Notes under the pieces: generated by a model
The model's database searches: none
What the model was told of the DNA's origin: nothing
Seen by the model: only the letters and a program-made list of their open reading frames with translations
Part shown: positions 1-10,362 of the stretch, in pieces
How positions within the stretch are numbered: the first letter of the stretch is position 1
Layout of the letters: the number at the start of each line of letters is the position of its first letter
Program-made: the position numbers and the translations under genes
Assembly (NCBI GenBank): GCA_051532035.1
Contig: JAOPTW010000015.1
Span: 64,001 to 128,000 of the forward strand
Origin: Fibrobacterales bacterium
Lineage (GTDB): Bacteria; Fibrobacterota; Fibrobacteria; Fibrobacterales; JAOPTW01
Direction of reading: 5' to 3'
Length of the DNA stretch: 64,000 nucleotides

Positions 1-1
1 T

Positions 2-1354
2 TACCCTATAAGTAAAAATCATTATGTCACTATTGAAAAAGTAAAAGGTTCATACACTCCTCACCCTGAGTATCCCCGTATTAGCTTAACGAGTGAAGAA
101 ACACAATATTTTTACAACGACCCTACATATGGCTCAACCAATGGAACGTTTAGTAACATCAATCTCGATTATATTATTCCAACAAAAAATGAACAGGGTA
201 CTTCAAAAAATCATCTCATTAGTGGCAGCGCTAATACTCGCAAGATTATCTACCGCCACATGGATTTCCCAGAGCTCAAAATAACCGACTTTTATAAGGT
301 ACAGCGGTTTATCCAAGCTACAGCAAATCAAAGAACAGAAAATAACACCACATTCCCCATAGACCTTGATGTCTCAATACGAGACGAAGGTGGTGATTCT
401 TTATGGGTGCAAACAAATTATCCATCGTTCCCTTACACAATAGATTTGTCAGTAAGAGGCACTACAACCTCTCCCCTTCTCACTGGCGATATTACATCAA
501 TTGAAGATGGAACCCTTAAATTTCTCGATGCAGAATATCAGATAACCAATGTCATTCTGCGGTGGGATAATCAACCAATCACCAAAGGTAAGGTTACTTT
601 TGATTTCAATAAATATTTTGAACAATGTCAGGAAAGTGATATTCTCTTAGAACTTGAAGAGGAAGAAAAGTGTAATATTTCTATGTCACTCCAAGGCCAA
701 GTGAATAACCTCGAATTGAGCCACACCGCTTCCGATGCATGTACACAACTCAATATTGACACCGACAACGCAGGTCAAAATGGCGAGAAATCTGATGAAT
801 CTACAATACCTGGTCAATTTTCGGCAAGTAACCTTTTTGCTACCCTTGCTGCAAACTGTGTAAGTAATTTTGCTGGATTCAACGCCGAAATGGGTATAAA
901 TTTACTCATGAAACAATCAACTAATTTTATTAACCCCCAAATTAAGGGGCTTAACACCAAAATAAACTTAAAATACAACGATGTTGGCACAACTATTAAA
1001 GCAACCTACTACCCTATTGATGATAGCCCTGATCTCTCACTTTTTGGAGGTTATACTTTTACCAACAATAGTAATGCCGACCCAAAAACTGTTGGCACCC
1101 ACTATATACTCCCTGTCCTTGACAACAGTGCAACCCGTTCCTCTAACTCCCCCTCTAAAGGTTATTTATCTATAAATGGTGATGTAACATGGAATGCAAA
1201 CATCGACAATAAAACTTCAGATGATTCTGAGGGAACAATTCAAGAGAGTCCAACAGAAACTGAAAGTGACGAATATATTCCTAGTGCAGGCATAAGCTAC
1301 AACTACAAATTCTGGTCTTGGTGTTTTTGGGGTATTGGAGATTGCGATGACTAA
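2..1354 (+). CDS. TamB/AsmA-like translocation and assembly module protein, C-terminal part (5'-truncated by window edge)
   Basis: The frame of ORF 260..1354 is open back to base 2. It has a DUF490-like segment (DLSVRGTTTSPLLTGDITSIEDGTLKFLDAEYQI). Its stop overlaps the start of an Omp85 gene, as in tamAB loci. Confidence 0.6.
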   Translation, partial: YPISKNHYVTIEKVKGSYTPHPEYPRISLTSEETQYFYNDPTYGSTNGTFSNINLDYIIPTKNEQGTSKNHLISGSANTRKIIYRHMDFPELKITDFYKVQRFIQATANQRTENNTTFPIDLDVSIRDEGGDSLWVQTNYPSFPYTIDLSVRGTTTSPLLTGDITSIEDGTLKFLDAEYQITNVILRWDNQPITKGKVTFDFNKYFEQCQESDILLELEEEEKCNISMSLQGQVNNLELSHTASDACTQLNIDTDNAGQNGEKSDESTIPGQFSASNLFATLAANCVSNFAGFNAEMGINLLMKQSTNFINPQIKGLNTKINLKYNDVGTTIKATYYPIDDSPDLSLFGGYTFTNNSNADPKTVGTHYILPVLDNSATRSSNSPSKGYLSINGDVTWNANIDNKTSDDSEGTIQESPTETESDEYIPSAGISYNYKFWSWCFWGIGDCDD

Positions 1355-3230
1355 ACACATTTTTATTTTCGTTATATTATACGTTATAAGTATTCATGCA
1401 CAATATAAGGACATTATTATTTCTGGGAATAGTTCATTCTCTACAGAAAGACTGCAAGAACTAATGAGTCTCCCAGATGAATTTCCCGACAGACTCAACG
1501 AATCACGGCAAAAACTTTTTCTCACACTTGCTCAAGCAAGTCTCGAACAATTTTACGAAGAGAAGGGCTATTTTAACATCTCTATTACATTAGGTGATAC
1601 GCTAGTAGAAAACAAATCAAAAAAGAAACACCATATAGAAATTACCGAGGGACTTCTATTCAAATACTCTGATGTAGAAATAGATATCCCTAATACAGAT
1701 AAGCTCCTTTTAAAGTATGAAGATTTACATATCTATCCCTTAAAACAATTTAATATAGAAGACATCTCAGCTGATCTCTCTCTGATTAGTAAACGATATC
1801 GAGGAAATGGTTACCTTCATGTTACTGCACAGCACATAGCCATAATTGATACTCTTAAAAACTCAATCAAAATAGTATATCGTATAAACCCTGGAAATCT
1901 CGTTAAATTTGGTACCCTCAAGATTAGTAGCAAACGAAGCAATCAATATCGAGAGCATTCAGGAACCACTAAAGGGCTTACTTCGGTCCCCTATTTGAAA
2001 TCTCTCTGGGATAAAAAGCCAGGAGAAATTATTGATAATAACTACCTTGATGTTTTTCGGACCAACCTCCTCTCAACTCGTCTCTTTTCTCAGGTTACCA
2101 TTAGAGATAGCATACACCCAGACAGTACTCATAACCTCTCCACCCTTTACCTCAATACCGTAGAGAAAGTACCTGGATCACTCAAGTTTAGACTCTTTTA
2201 TGAACAAATTTATGGACTAGGTAGTACCGGCGAACTACGATATCGAAATTTCTTTGGACGTTTTCATGAAGGATGGATTTCAGGTACCTATGCCCAAAAT
2301 AAACAACGTGCCGCCATTGGATATGCTAATCCACTTCTGTTCAACCTACCTATTCGATTTGAAAATGAATTATCAATTCAGCAAGATAACTTGACGTTTA
2401 ATCGTTCTAATATAGATTCAAGGGAGACGTATATTGTGAATAATCGAGGCTCTATATCTCGAAGATTTTCAGAATATTTTCGACTCATGGGATCGGTAAA
2501 ACTAAGAAATCAAATTCGATATAACACTACAATTGATACTATTACTAAAAAGGAACCAGAGAAGCAGACTATTAAGTTTGAAACAGTATCTTTTTTAGAT
2601 TTTGTTGACCAGCCCATTTCACCAGAAAATGGAGTACGCTTAATATTTACACTTGGAAACGGTGGTGAATTTAAGCTAGATAATCGCTACACCTACGGCT
2701 CAATAGAATCAAAATTTTACAAACGAATTTCTAAACACTTTCAAATTGCGAGCGGGATCGATCATGGTCGCTTTTTTAACGAATCATTCACAGCACTTGA
2801 CTACCAAACCTATTATCAAGGTGGCGATCGGTCAATAAGGGGCTTGGAGGTTGGAGAAATTAGCCCTAACTATACTCCTGACACTACAAATTCATTAAAT
2901 ACTGATACAACATCAGATCAAAACTCAGTACAACAAGAAGGTGGGCAACCAGCTTACGTGAGAGCCGCATTTGAAGTAAGAATTACCCCTCCCTCTAAAT
3001 CGCTTGAAAATTTCCAGGTGGTTCCATTTATAGACTGGGCAATAGTATGGGACCCTCGCCCAGATTACAAAAGCGAAACGGGTACTGCACTCGGCCTAGG
3101 GTTACGATACAGGTGGCAAGTACTCACTATCCGACTTGATTATTCTTTTAAAACTGATTTTTCTAAACCTTTTTCAGGCGAACCCTGGGACTCACAACGT
3201 CTAGTATTTGATCTTATGCAAGCAATATAG
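1347..3230 (+). CDS. TamA/BamA-family (Omp85) outer membrane protein
   Basis: Signal peptide, POTRA-like repeats (YEEKGYF, YRGNGYL), loop-6 motif GGDRSIRG and C-terminal GLGLRY..IRLDY. ATG 1347 is preceded by GGAG. Confidence 0.8.
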   Translation: MTKHIFIFVILYVISIHAQYKDIIISGNSSFSTERLQELMSLPDEFPDRLNESRQKLFLTLAQASLEQFYEEKGYFNISITLGDTLVENKSKKKHHIEITEGLLFKYSDVEIDIPNTDKLLLKYEDLHIYPLKQFNIEDISADLSLISKRYRGNGYLHVTAQHIAIIDTLKNSIKIVYRINPGNLVKFGTLKISSKRSNQYREHSGTTKGLTSVPYLKSLWDKKPGEIIDNNYLDVFRTNLLSTRLFSQVTIRDSIHPDSTHNLSTLYLNTVEKVPGSLKFRLFYEQIYGLGSTGELRYRNFFGRFHEGWISGTYAQNKQRAAIGYANPLLFNLPIRFENELSIQQDNLTFNRSNIDSRETYIVNNRGSISRRFSEYFRLMGSVKLRNQIRYNTTIDTITKKEPEKQTIKFETVSFLDFVDQPISPENGVRLIFTLGNGGEFKLDNRYTYGSIESKFYKRISKHFQIASGIDHGRFFNESFTALDYQTYYQGGDRSIRGLEVGEISPNYTPDTTNSLNTDTTSDQNSVQQEGGQPAYVRAAFEVRITPPSKSLENFQVVPFIDWAIVWDPRPDYKSETGTALGLGLRYRWQVLTIRLDYSFKTDFSKPFSGEPWDSQRLVFDLMQAI

Positions 3231-3248
3231 AATAGTAAATATTATTCT

Positions 3249-3653
3249 TTAAGAATCATCAACAGGGAACCCTAGCTCCTGTACAGCTTCTTTAACTTTA
3301 GATGCTTCTATGGGCTTTAGAATATACATTTCACATCCAGATCTGAATGCTTGGAAAATACTTCCCTCATCATCCATTGCTGTTATCATAATCACTTTCA
3401 CACTATGAGCAATGTCAATCCCAATTTTCTCTTCATGTTCCCGAATTTTTTTAAGTGCTTCATGACCATCAACTTCGGGCATCATTACGTCAAGACAAAT
3501 AAGATCATATGGCGTATTTTCAGAATATGACAAGATTACTGCTTCTGTAGCTTCATTACCATTAGTTGCAAAGTCACAATCTCCTAATGGAGTAAGAATA
3601 ACTTTTAACAATTTTCTACTGACAAAGCTATCGTCAACAATCAAAATCTTCAT
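3249..3653 (-). CDS. Single-domain response regulator (CheY-like)
   Basis: KILIVDDS, phosphoacceptor LDVMMP, ITA, YILKP; no output domain. Confidence 0.9.
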   Translation of the reverse strand: MKILIVDDSFVSRKLLKVILTPLGDCDFATNGNEATEAVILSYSENTPYDLICLDVMMPEVDGHEALKKIREHEEKIGIDIAHSVKVIMITAMDDEGSIFQAFRSGCEMYILKPIEASKVKEAVQELGFPVDDS

Positions 3654-3737
3654 ACGTAACCCGGACTATTTTTTCTTATTATACGATACAAGCCCTCAGT
3701 GATGCAACACTATAGGCCAAATATTCAGATTAGATAC

Positions 3738-3761
3738 AAAAAAAGCCCCTATTAGGGGCTT
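3738..3761 (-). terminator. Intrinsic terminator after ppiD-like gene
   Basis: AAGCCCCT-ATT-AGGGGCTT hairpin with a plus-strand A-run giving a U-tail on the minus strand. Confidence 0.7.
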
Positions 3762-3799
3762 ATACTTTATGGTAAACTCTAACGAGTTATACTTAAGAC

Positions 3800-5635
3800 T
3801 TATTCAGAGTAGAAGAGATCAAGATTATCTTCGATAATCGCCATCTCTTTCAAATTCATAGCCCAAGTATTAAAAGCACTCTGTCTTGCATATTGATTAG
3901 CAGGTACATCTTGCTCTAATTTCACTTTTTCAGCTAGCTCTTGTTCTGATAGTTCGAGTTTAGCAGTTACTTGAGCAGCAATAGCATATCCCATTCCAAC
4001 TTTTGGCTCACCCCAACTATTAACTGTTTGCTTTAATATTTCTGCGACAACAGAAGATCCGTAGCCGTACGATACTTTCGGTATGAAGCCAGATGCTGTA
4101 ATTTTTTCAGCAGAGTCAAATCCAAGTTTTGCTATTGTTGCTACTGTAGTAGAATCAACCTTTTTTCCACCTAAAGTAGCTAGTTGTTGTTTTAAATAAG
4201 CTTTTGCCGCTGCTACTTTTTTCTCTTTCAATACTGATTTTTTGATATCACTTTTGAAAAACTCGAGAGAAGTAGTACCTTGAGCGAGCTCACCAGCTTT
4301 ACTGAAGAGTGCCATTACTTTTTCATTTTGAAGAACACGAGAAACAGGCTCTTTATTATCGCGATCAACAAAACCAAAATCTGAAAGACCTACAAGGTAG
4401 CCCAGCGCATCTATTGAATCACCGCGAGCAATATACTCAGATTTTTTAATGACAAGATTATTCTCTTTAGAAACAGACTCGAATGAATTTCCAGCAAGAA
4501 CTTGTGTTTTAACATTTTCGAGCATTAGACGAAGGCTATCTATGGTCTCTGGCCCAGCAGTTACCTTAACCAGTATGTGGCTCAATTTTGCCTTTTCTTT
4601 GCCATCTATTACTTTCTTACCATGTGACTTAATAAGGTGATATCCGAACTGAGTTTTAACTGGTGCAGAAATCTCGCCCTCTTTCAAGGCAAATGCCACA
4701 TCTGCAAAAGGTTTAACCCACTGTTCTGGAGCTACATAATCACCAAGTGATCCACCCTGTGGAGCAGATGCAAGATCTTCAGAATTTGTTTTTGCCATTT
4801 GAGCAAAATCAGAACTTTCACTTTTGATTTGATCAAGAACCCACTGTGTATGAAGTTTTGCATTAGTATCATCATATGCTGAAGGAGCTACTGTAACTGA
4901 GAGATAATCAAATTTCGCTTGAGCTTTCGCAACAGTAAAGCTGTCTTGGTGTGCTGTATAATATTCTGTAATCTCTTTTTCAGTAACATCACTCTCTTTG
5001 ATCCCAAATGAATCGAGAGATACTGATAGATATTCTATATCATATTTATTGTCACGTTGTTGAATTGCAAAACGTCTCTCAAGGTCTGACATGTGTTGTT
5101 TTGCAGAAACAAAAAGCTGTAATTGATTCATTGGTACGCGATTATCACGCAGATCAGCTTCAAGGTCAACCATCCACGATTGATCAAACACTGAATCATT
5201 TTGAAACCATGCCTGGTATTTTTTAAGATCAAACACTGAGTCAGTCATAAACTCTGGTGAGCGTTTAAAAGAGGGATGCGGATTTTCCATAAGCTCTTTG
5301 CGCATTTCAAAAATTGAAGCGCGAAGCTCATTTTCATCTACTTTCTCTTTCAAAAGCTGCGATACAATCATTTGGTCAAATAATTGACGGCGAGATTCAG
5401 ACCGTTGCTTGTCTGTAAGTCTTCTTCCTTGTTGGGTATTTTGCCTTTCTGAAGCTTGTAAGGCATTTTTAAACTCACTATTATTGAGTTTAACACCATT
5501 TACAATACCAACACTTGGTTCTTTTTGTGTAGTTAAACCGGTCATTCCCATAAATAGCAGGCCAATGACAATAAGAGGTGCAAGAATGTAGAGAATCCAT
5601 TTCACCGCTTTATCAGAAATCCAGGTCATCATCAT
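3800..5635 (-). CDS. PpiD/SurA-family periplasmic chaperone and parvulin PPIase
   Basis: N-terminal TM anchor, SurA_N-like region (VGIVNG), parvulin motifs FAQMAKTNSED..GGSLG, PFADVAFAL and PVKTQFGYHLIK. Start placed at MMMTW, downstream of AAGGA. Confidence 0.85.
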   Translation of the reverse strand: MMMTWISDKAVKWILYILAPLIVIGLLFMGMTGLTTQKEPSVGIVNGVKLNNSEFKNALQASERQNTQQGRRLTDKQRSESRRQLFDQMIVSQLLKEKVDENELRASIFEMRKELMENPHPSFKRSPEFMTDSVFDLKKYQAWFQNDSVFDQSWMVDLEADLRDNRVPMNQLQLFVSAKQHMSDLERRFAIQQRDNKYDIEYLSVSLDSFGIKESDVTEKEITEYYTAHQDSFTVAKAQAKFDYLSVTVAPSAYDDTNAKLHTQWVLDQIKSESSDFAQMAKTNSEDLASAPQGGSLGDYVAPEQWVKPFADVAFALKEGEISAPVKTQFGYHLIKSHGKKVIDGKEKAKLSHILVKVTAGPETIDSLRLMLENVKTQVLAGNSFESVSKENNLVIKKSEYIARGDSIDALGYLVGLSDFGFVDRDNKEPVSRVLQNEKVMALFSKAGELAQGTTSLEFFKSDIKKSVLKEKKVAAAKAYLKQQLATLGGKKVDSTTVATIAKLGFDSAEKITASGFIPKVSYGYGSSVVAEILKQTVNSWGEPKVGMGYAIAAQVTAKLELSEQELAEKVKLEQDVPANQYARQSAFNTWAMNLKEMAIIEDNLDLFYSE

Positions 5636-5846
5636 AAGAGTTCTATCCTTTAATGTCTTTTTAGAGTGGTGAAAATTTAGGAAGTTTAACAGCCCCGTCA
5701 AGCGAAATAGCAAAAACCCTGACTACTGATCCATATTTAAGTGATAAAACAAGAGAAGTAGCATGAAATGACCAAAATTGTAGAATTATACAGGATATCC
5801 CCAATATCACTATTAATGCTTAAAATGAGTTTCTACATTTTTTGCC

Positions 5847-7442
5847 ATGAAAAATTACGATTATCTGGTCATTGGTTCTGGAATAGCCGGTCTCACTATC
5901 GCCCTAAAGGCAGCTGAAAACCACTCTGTCGCTATCATTACAAAAACTGATAGTCTCGACTGCTCTACTAATTACGCCCAAGGCGGTATTGCGAGTGTAA
6001 TGCTCCCTGAAGACAGTTTTGAGAAACACATCAATGACACTTTAGCTGCTGGTGCAGGACTCTGTAACCGTAAACGTGTCGCAATTCTCACACAAGAGGG
6101 CCCCGCCGCGATTCAAAATCTGATTGATTGGGGGGTCTCGTTTACTAAGAACGACCTCGATTCAAAACAGTGTTCACCCTACCATCTTGCTCTCGAAGGT
6201 GGGCATACCGAACGTCGTATTTTACACGCCCACGATCTTACGGGGCAAGAAATCATGCGTGCAATGATCGATAAAGTCTGCAATAATCCAAATATTGATC
6301 TTTTTGAAAATCATACCGCTATTGATCTGGTAACCGATAGTTCAGATAAAGATAACCGATGTGTTGGCGTAACCGTTTTAAATAGTCAGACAATGCGCTA
6401 CAAGAATATTGCAGCTCGTGCGACATTTATCGCAACAGGGGGCGCTGCTCAGATTTTTAAACATTCTACTAACCCACGAGTATCTACGGGTGATGGAATC
6501 GCAATGGCGTTTAGAGCAGGGTGTACCAGTGAAGATATGGAATTTATGCAATTCCACCCAACGACACTCTATAACCCTGGAAAGAAAACCTTTCTTATCT
6601 CTGAAGCAGTGAGAGGACATGGTGGTATTTTGAAGAACCATTTGGGTGAACCATTTATGAAAGGCGTACACCCTCTTGAGTCATTGGCTCCTCGTAATGT
6701 TGTTGCCCGTGCTATCGACCGCGAAATGAAAAAGCATCACTCTCCTCATGTCTATCTTGACATCACTCATAAAAATGAGAGTAACCTCAAAAAGCATTTC
6801 CCTAACATATACAAACATTGTCTCGAAGTTGGAATCAACATGTCTAAAGATTGGATACCTGTGGTACCAGCGGCTCACTATATTTGCGGGGGTATAAAGG
6901 CAAGCCACAATGCACAAACAGACCTTAACGGACTCTACGTTTGTGGTGAATCTGGCTGTTTTGAAACTCATGGAGCCAACCGCCTTGCATCGAATTCACT
7001 CCTTGAGAGCGTGGTTTTTTCCCTGAGAGCATTTATCCATAGTGCAAAAAATTTACACGACTCCCCCAGCTCTATTGCTCTCCCCCCTAAGAAACGTTTT
7101 ATTCCATCAACACCTGACTATGACTTTTTGAAAAAACAAGTCCAATCAATTATGTGGGACAAGGTAGGCATTGTACGCACAACGAGCAATCTCAAAAAAG
7201 CACTTGAACTCGTTCAAACCATCCGAGACAAAGCTGACACTGATTATCAGAGCCCTGTTCGTACTCCGTTAAATCTTATTGAACTCAGAAACATAGCACT
7301 CTGTGCAGAACTCACAATACGCAGTGCATTAAAAAGAAAGGAGTCTCGCGGACTCCATATTTCTGATGATTTTGCTTTTACAAAAGACGACACTTCTGCA
7401 CGACATACCTTTATACAGCCTTCAAAACTCTATAAAAATTAG
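5847..7442 (+). CDS. nadB: L-aspartate oxidase
   Basis: GSGIAG FAD motif, STNYAQGGIA, EGGH, QFHPT, SEAVRG, HGANRLASNSLLE, RKESRGLH. Confidence 0.95.
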   Translation: MKNYDYLVIGSGIAGLTIALKAAENHSVAIITKTDSLDCSTNYAQGGIASVMLPEDSFEKHINDTLAAGAGLCNRKRVAILTQEGPAAIQNLIDWGVSFTKNDLDSKQCSPYHLALEGGHTERRILHAHDLTGQEIMRAMIDKVCNNPNIDLFENHTAIDLVTDSSDKDNRCVGVTVLNSQTMRYKNIAARATFIATGGAAQIFKHSTNPRVSTGDGIAMAFRAGCTSEDMEFMQFHPTTLYNPGKKTFLISEAVRGHGGILKNHLGEPFMKGVHPLESLAPRNVVARAIDREMKKHHSPHVYLDITHKNESNLKKHFPNIYKHCLEVGINMSKDWIPVVPAAHYICGGIKASHNAQTDLNGLYVCGESGCFETHGANRLASNSLLESVVFSLRAFIHSAKNLHDSPSSIALPPKKRFIPSTPDYDFLKKQVQSIMWDKVGIVRTTSNLKKALELVQTIRDKADTDYQSPVRTPLNLIELRNIALCAELTIRSALKRKESRGLHISDDFAFTKDDTSARHTFIQPSKLYKN

Positions 7443-8662
7443 CGATAGCGGCGAGACGATTTACCCCAGTCTCCAAAGCCAGTAAAACTAATTGCTCCAC
7501 CGATAATATGCTCTTCATACTGCGGATCATCAGCTCCTAGCCCTCTAATGCCATAATAAAATGAGACATCTAGATTAGAAACTCTACGAGTTCCAAGAGG
7601 AAAACCAAAACCGACCGACCCTTTTACCTCAGTTGCATCATCTACATAGAGCTGTCCATACTGAACCCCCGCTCTATAAGAGACTCTCTTAAGATAAAAG
7701 TCATAAGCTCTACGTGACGGCGTCAATTGGTAACCTAAGCCTGCTGAAAAAGCATCATTAAGCGCCGTTTCTCTCTTCTCAGTCACAACGGTAAGAGGAG
7801 AAACAGCATTAATCCCATCCCACCTTTGATAATCCCCATCAACGGATAGTATATGTCGGTCATTCAGACGCATCGAACCACCAACAGATATTTTAGCACC
7901 ATAGGTCTGCTCTTTTTCGGTTTTGAAAATCACTTCAGACTGATTTTTATTGGCATCAGTGAAATAGAGTGACGTGTCCTGTACATTCTCTTTAAAGGCG
8001 ATATCACCACTATAGAGTTGCTTGATTGTATATTCAGGTTGATACCCCAAATAGAGGGCCCAACCTTTACCACTAAACTGAACTGAAGTAGCGACATACC
8101 CTATCTGTGCATCAGATTCGTAAGAGACGGTTGTATTTTTAACACGTTGGTAGTTTTCTTCGTACACCTGGGTTGCACCCATCGGGTGATGATAATTTAC
8201 CCCGATAGCGAAACGATCAAAAAGAGTGATAGACCAAGAAGGAACGATCTCTGCAATTGCTCCCTCTATAGTTGTTTTAAGAGAGTCTGCCCCAACGAGT
8301 TGCTCGTAATGAAAGTCATAGCCATATTTTTGAAAATAAGCGAGAGAGATATTTCCTGCGGGTCCAATTGGTATACTCATTGAGATGTACGGAATATTAA
8401 AGCCACTCTCTGTAGTCTTTCCATACTCGACTGACTCAAATATCAATCCTGCAGCAAAACTTGTTTTGTTATTAAAAGCCATTTTAGCAGGGTTTGTTAA
8501 TGAATGTGCATCATCAAGTAATGTTGCATTTGCTCCACCTAAGGAAATACCTTTGGCGAGGTTTGGCGATTGTGGAACACCAAGCTGGTTAATGCCAAAT
8601 GTTGAGGCAGCCCAGAGAGGTAACGTAGTAATAACAAGAGTAAGTAACGATTTGCGTATCAT
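7439..8662 (-). CDS. FadL/OmpP1-like outer membrane beta-barrel
   Basis: Signal peptide, hatch-like AKGISLGGA...NPAKMA motif, amphipathic beta-strands and a C-terminal YRAG...GFGFPLG segment. Confidence 0.6.
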   Translation of the reverse strand: MIRKSLLTLVITTLPLWAASTFGINQLGVPQSPNLAKGISLGGANATLLDDAHSLTNPAKMAFNNKTSFAAGLIFESVEYGKTTESGFNIPYISMSIPIGPAGNISLAYFQKYGYDFHYEQLVGADSLKTTIEGAIAEIVPSWSITLFDRFAIGVNYHHPMGATQVYEENYQRVKNTTVSYESDAQIGYVATSVQFSGKGWALYLGYQPEYTIKQLYSGDIAFKENVQDTSLYFTDANKNQSEVIFKTEKEQTYGAKISVGGSMRLNDRHILSVDGDYQRWDGINAVSPLTVVTEKRETALNDAFSAGLGYQLTPSRRAYDFYLKRVSYRAGVQYGQLYVDDATEVKGSVGFGFPLGTRRVSNLDVSFYYGIRGLGADDPQYEEHIIGGAISFTGFGDWGKSSRRYR

Positions 8663-8670
8663 GAAGGCCC

Positions 8671-10179
8671 CTAAATAGCACCAAGCTCAATGAGCTCGAT
8701 GTGAAGATCAAAAGTTAAAGCACTAAAATCAATAGACTTAAGAAACCGATTAAAACGGTTATCATCTGTTTCAATTGTATTGTTTTCCACAGAACTCCAC
8801 AAAAGATACTTCTTAGAGGGGTCAACAACTGATTTTGATGGATATAAATAGGTTACTGGCTCCGCACCAACACGACCCAAATTAACAATATGTTTAACTG
8901 ATTCAGTAATATCAACCGAAACAGTTTCAGTTGTATCAACTATACTCGACAACGCTGAACCAGCGAATTGTCTCTCGAGTACTTTAAAGCCGCTGAACCC
9001 CACTGAACTCATATCAAATGTTTCACTTACAGCTTCAAGAACAAAAGGCTGATCAAATTCCGACCACACTCTATCATTAGTAGTGAAGGTAAGCGTTGCA
9101 CGTTGGACCACATGATTTACATATTGCCCCGAAATGGTACCAATACTCTGCTCTAACTGGGCCAACAGAGCGTCACCATTCAACTTAAAGCTCACCGAGT
9201 CAAGACCTCTCGTACTCCTACTAGAATTAACATTAAATCCAAGTGCTGTTAATGAACCGGTATCAACACGATTAACATAAAACCGATCAATGGAATGGGT
9301 AATCATGAGTGAGTCAGAAAAGCACAGAGTCGGTTTAGGATAATCAACTTGTAGATGGACCAATTTCCCACCAAGGGTATCAACACCTGTAGAGTCTATC
9401 GGCTTCACACTGGTAAATACAATTGAAAGAGCAAGGAGAGAGTCTTTAAGTGCTATCACTTGCGCACGAAGCTCTTCTCCTAAAGGCACGATAATTGGAG
9501 CGTTGTAGAGTGCTAATACGAGTGAATCAAGAACAATACCTCCCTGACTACCAAGGGGATCACTCAAACTGATAGTGTCGATTATCTCTTTTCTAATGAC
9601 TCGATAAGTTGCAACACCTAGGTCATTGGGATCCATAAGATCGTTAAAAAACTGTGCAAGGGTATCTTCACTTCCTGTTACATAAGGATTACCGAAAAAG
9701 GCAACACTATCTTGGCGATTATTTTTCATATCCTCAGCGTACTTATGCAAAATAACAGAGTAACGTATTTCAACTGAATCATTTTGAAAGAGTGGCGCAC
9801 CATACTGTTTTGCATAACTGCTATAGAGTGTATCAACATCAAATACCAGATAAGGTTGGATAAAAAAGAGGGAATCGAGCCCTTCTACACTTTTATTTTC
9901 TGTTATTCCAGTCAATTCATAGCCAAATCCAGCAGAAAAGTCACCAATAGTACTCTCACTCCCTACAATATTAACTGAGGCATCGAACAGTGTTCGATTC
10001 GATTTATGTAGTGTCAGTGAGTCTGGCGTGAGGTTACTCAATGTTACTGAAACAGTATCATTAGTAAGTTCAACACCTTGTGCTTCTAAGTAGCCCTGAC
10101 TTGCATCAAGATTAGATTCATCGAAAAGGCATGCAGAAAGCAAAAAGCTCACGCAGAGCAGGAGTGATAATATCTTCAC
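8671..10179 (-). CDS. Uncharacterised lipoprotein (possibly DUF4270-like)
   Basis: GTG start, lipobox LLSAC, beta-rich acidic body; lies 8 bp upstream of the barrel gene. The family guess is weak. Confidence 0.5.
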   Translation of the reverse strand: MKILSLLLCVSFLLSACLFDESNLDASQGYLEAQGVELTNDTVSVTLSNLTPDSLTLHKSNRTLFDASVNIVGSESTIGDFSAGFGYELTGITENKSVEGLDSLFFIQPYLVFDVDTLYSSYAKQYGAPLFQNDSVEIRYSVILHKYAEDMKNNRQDSVAFFGNPYVTGSEDTLAQFFNDLMDPNDLGVATYRVIRKEIIDTISLSDPLGSQGGIVLDSLVLALYNAPIIVPLGEELRAQVIALKDSLLALSIVFTSVKPIDSTGVDTLGGKLVHLQVDYPKPTLCFSDSLMITHSIDRFYVNRVDTGSLTALGFNVNSSRSTRGLDSVSFKLNGDALLAQLEQSIGTISGQYVNHVVQRATLTFTTNDRVWSEFDQPFVLEAVSETFDMSSVGFSGFKVLERQFAGSALSSIVDTTETVSVDITESVKHIVNLGRVGAEPVTYLYPSKSVVDPSKKYLLWSSVENNTIETDDNRFNRFLKSIDFSALTFDLHIELIELGAI

Positions 10180-10362
10180 AAATTTCTCTATTTATTGGAC
10201 AATTTGGGATAAAATATACAAAATACCCTCCATTAGAACACCTCTAATAACATACCATTGATTTGCTCCACAATTTTATCACTGAAAGGGCCTCGCCGCT
10301 CTTTTTTAGACATAAATTGCAATTAAAATAGGATAATCATTAAAAATCAGCCATTCTGAACT

